64,000 nt of DNA from the human T2T-CHM13v2.0 reference genome, Homo sapiens: NCBI RefSeq assembly GCF_009914755.1, contig NC_060930.1; one strand, written 5' to 3'. The notes beneath the pieces are model-generated. The model saw only the letters and a program-made list of their open reading frames with translations. It was not told where the DNA came from and did not search any database. Positions within the stretch are counted from its first letter, which is position 1; each line of letters starts with the position of its first letter. This document shows, piece after piece, positions 62,066 through 64,000 of this stretch. Made by a program: the position numbers and the translations under genes.

Positions 62066-64000
62066 GTAAGTTTTTAGAATTTTTTTCCCTCTGCTATGTT
62101 ATCCTATAGAACTACAGTCAATGGAAACATTTCAGATTCCTACTGCTTCTTATATTCTCTGATTATAGAACACAATACTAGATGCTGTTCATCAAAGTGA
62201 GTTCTACTGAGCAAATATATATAGTTAGGATGTTGGGCTTTGGAGTCAGCAGAACTGAGTTTTAGTCTTGCTTTGCCACTTATTAACCTGCAAAACCTTG
62301 AGTAAAATGGGGATATTCATGGCACCTACCACATGGGGCTGCTGTGGGGAATACATTACCAATATATCTGGAGTGTTTAATATGATTTCTAGAATCTATA
62401 TTAAGAACAATAGATTTTAGATGTTATGAATATTATTATTGCTATATTAGTAAATCCCATTTTCTGTATATATATATTCTTAAATATGCATTCTTATATA
62501 TTACTATCTCATCTAAAATTATAAGAAGCTTAATTATGATGAAAAATAACTCCAGTTATGATTCTAAATTTGGTGTCTATGGATAGGTTTATGTCAGAAA
62601 GTGAGGTGGGGTGGGAAGAAAGCCTGAACCCTACTACATTTATAGGTTGAATTTTAAAAGTGCTATTGTGCATTTTGTCAGTAGAAAGAGTGACACTGCT
62701 GTCATCAATTTCTCCAAGGGATCTGAGGAAAAAACACATTTTGAAATCATCATCATATAGTAAAAACATGGCTTTTTAAAACTACTTATTGCAAAGGCGT
62801 GCATATTTTTTGACTGGTAACCTTAGAGTTATTACATTTCAGAAATGCTAAAGTTATTTCGTTGGGAAAAGCTACTATCAAGACACAGAATATCAAGTTA
62901 TTGCAATATGGCCCAGTTTTTAAAAAGTTAGAAATACCATTAGATATGCTCTGTCTTAACTTTTTTAATACTAGCCCTAATGCTCAGAGGAGCTATGTAA
63001 AAATATGTGAAAATTCAAAAAATCAATAGAAAAATTATAACTTAAAATAATTTTCTTGCTTAAGAAAAGCTAAAATGTAACACACATTGGTAAGATTTTC
63101 TTAAAGTCAAAACAAAATGTGTTATTAAACGCATACACAGATTTCTGTGAAAAGACAGTTTTACAGTTCTGAGTACCATTGCCAGTAGATTGTTTGGTTT
63201 TGTGACAACAAAGCTTACATTTATTGATGTACTTATCACATACTGTATAAATATTTCATATCTTAATTTAGTCCTGATAATATTGAGAGACTGATATTAC
63301 TACCCCATTTTACAGATAAGTAAATCAAAGCTCAAAAAGTTTATGTAACTTGTATAATTCAGGGCTAATAAACTGGATCAAGATATCCCAAGATCATGCT
63401 ATTTCCATTTCACTAGGCCATCTTCTGTGACTGTCTCAGTCACATTTCAAGAATATACATTATTTTTCAGTTAGATTTTTGTGAATTGACCACAAAATCA
63501 CCTTGAATTCAAATCTTTTCTTTGCCCATGCCCTATTCTAAAATATCTTCCTCACATTAACTTCACTCCATGTCAATCTGCCTTCTAGATATATGCCAAA
63601 AATATCTTTCTAAGTGCAAATTGAATGATGAGATCCCTTCCCTACTGCATATAAAGCCCTTCAGTGATTTTCTACTAGCCTAAGAACAAACCCACTTTCT
63701 TGGCATAACATGCAAGGCTTCAACATCTGGCCCTTGACCACTTTTACATGACTCCTATGAGCATGTGAGTCCAAATGTGTTGAGGTTCTGCCAACTATTC
63801 ATGCTATTTTCCTTTACCTTCTTAGAACTCTCTTTACCTTCTTGCATTTGATGAACTTCTTTTTAATAATTTAGGCTTTTGCATTATCTCCTCTGGGAAG
63901 TATTCCCTGATAATCCTTTCCCTTAAGTGAGTTCATTCCATTGTGCTTCCTCGGGTGCTCTGATTACTCATATCAAAAACTATCCCATTGTACCATATTT

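Overview
This is primate, almost certainly human, genomic DNA rather than a microbial window: the TRAPPC3L / CALHM5 / CALHM4 locus (human 6q22, from recall of the encoded proteins). The complete five-exon TRAPPC3L (BET3L) CDS lies on the minus strand (53236 down to 4689; 42+98+100+186+120 nt = 181 aa). Its ~39.7 kb intron 3 contains the whole two-exon CALHM5 gene on the plus strand (309 aa). The first coding exon of CALHM4 lies at 61508-62065 (+). The rest is mostly interspersed repeats: a full-length dead L1PA, older L1 fragments, Alus, LTRs, DNA transposon relics and microsatellites. Most ORFs in the supplied track are spurious or repeat-derived. Main observations: (1) three extra minus-strand exons that splice in phase onto TRAPPC3L exon 3, giving a 280-aa chimeric ORF that ends in an LTR-derived exon with its own AATAAA; (2) a plus-strand exon inside TRAPPC3L intron 1 that splices in frame into the middle of CALHM4; (3) a BC200 (BCYRN1) retrocopy with TSDs; (4) an L1 5'UTR with an ORF0-like frame whose antisense direction points at TRAPPC3L exon 4, ~200 bp away. 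Repeat subfamily names are from memory of consensus sequences and were not computed.
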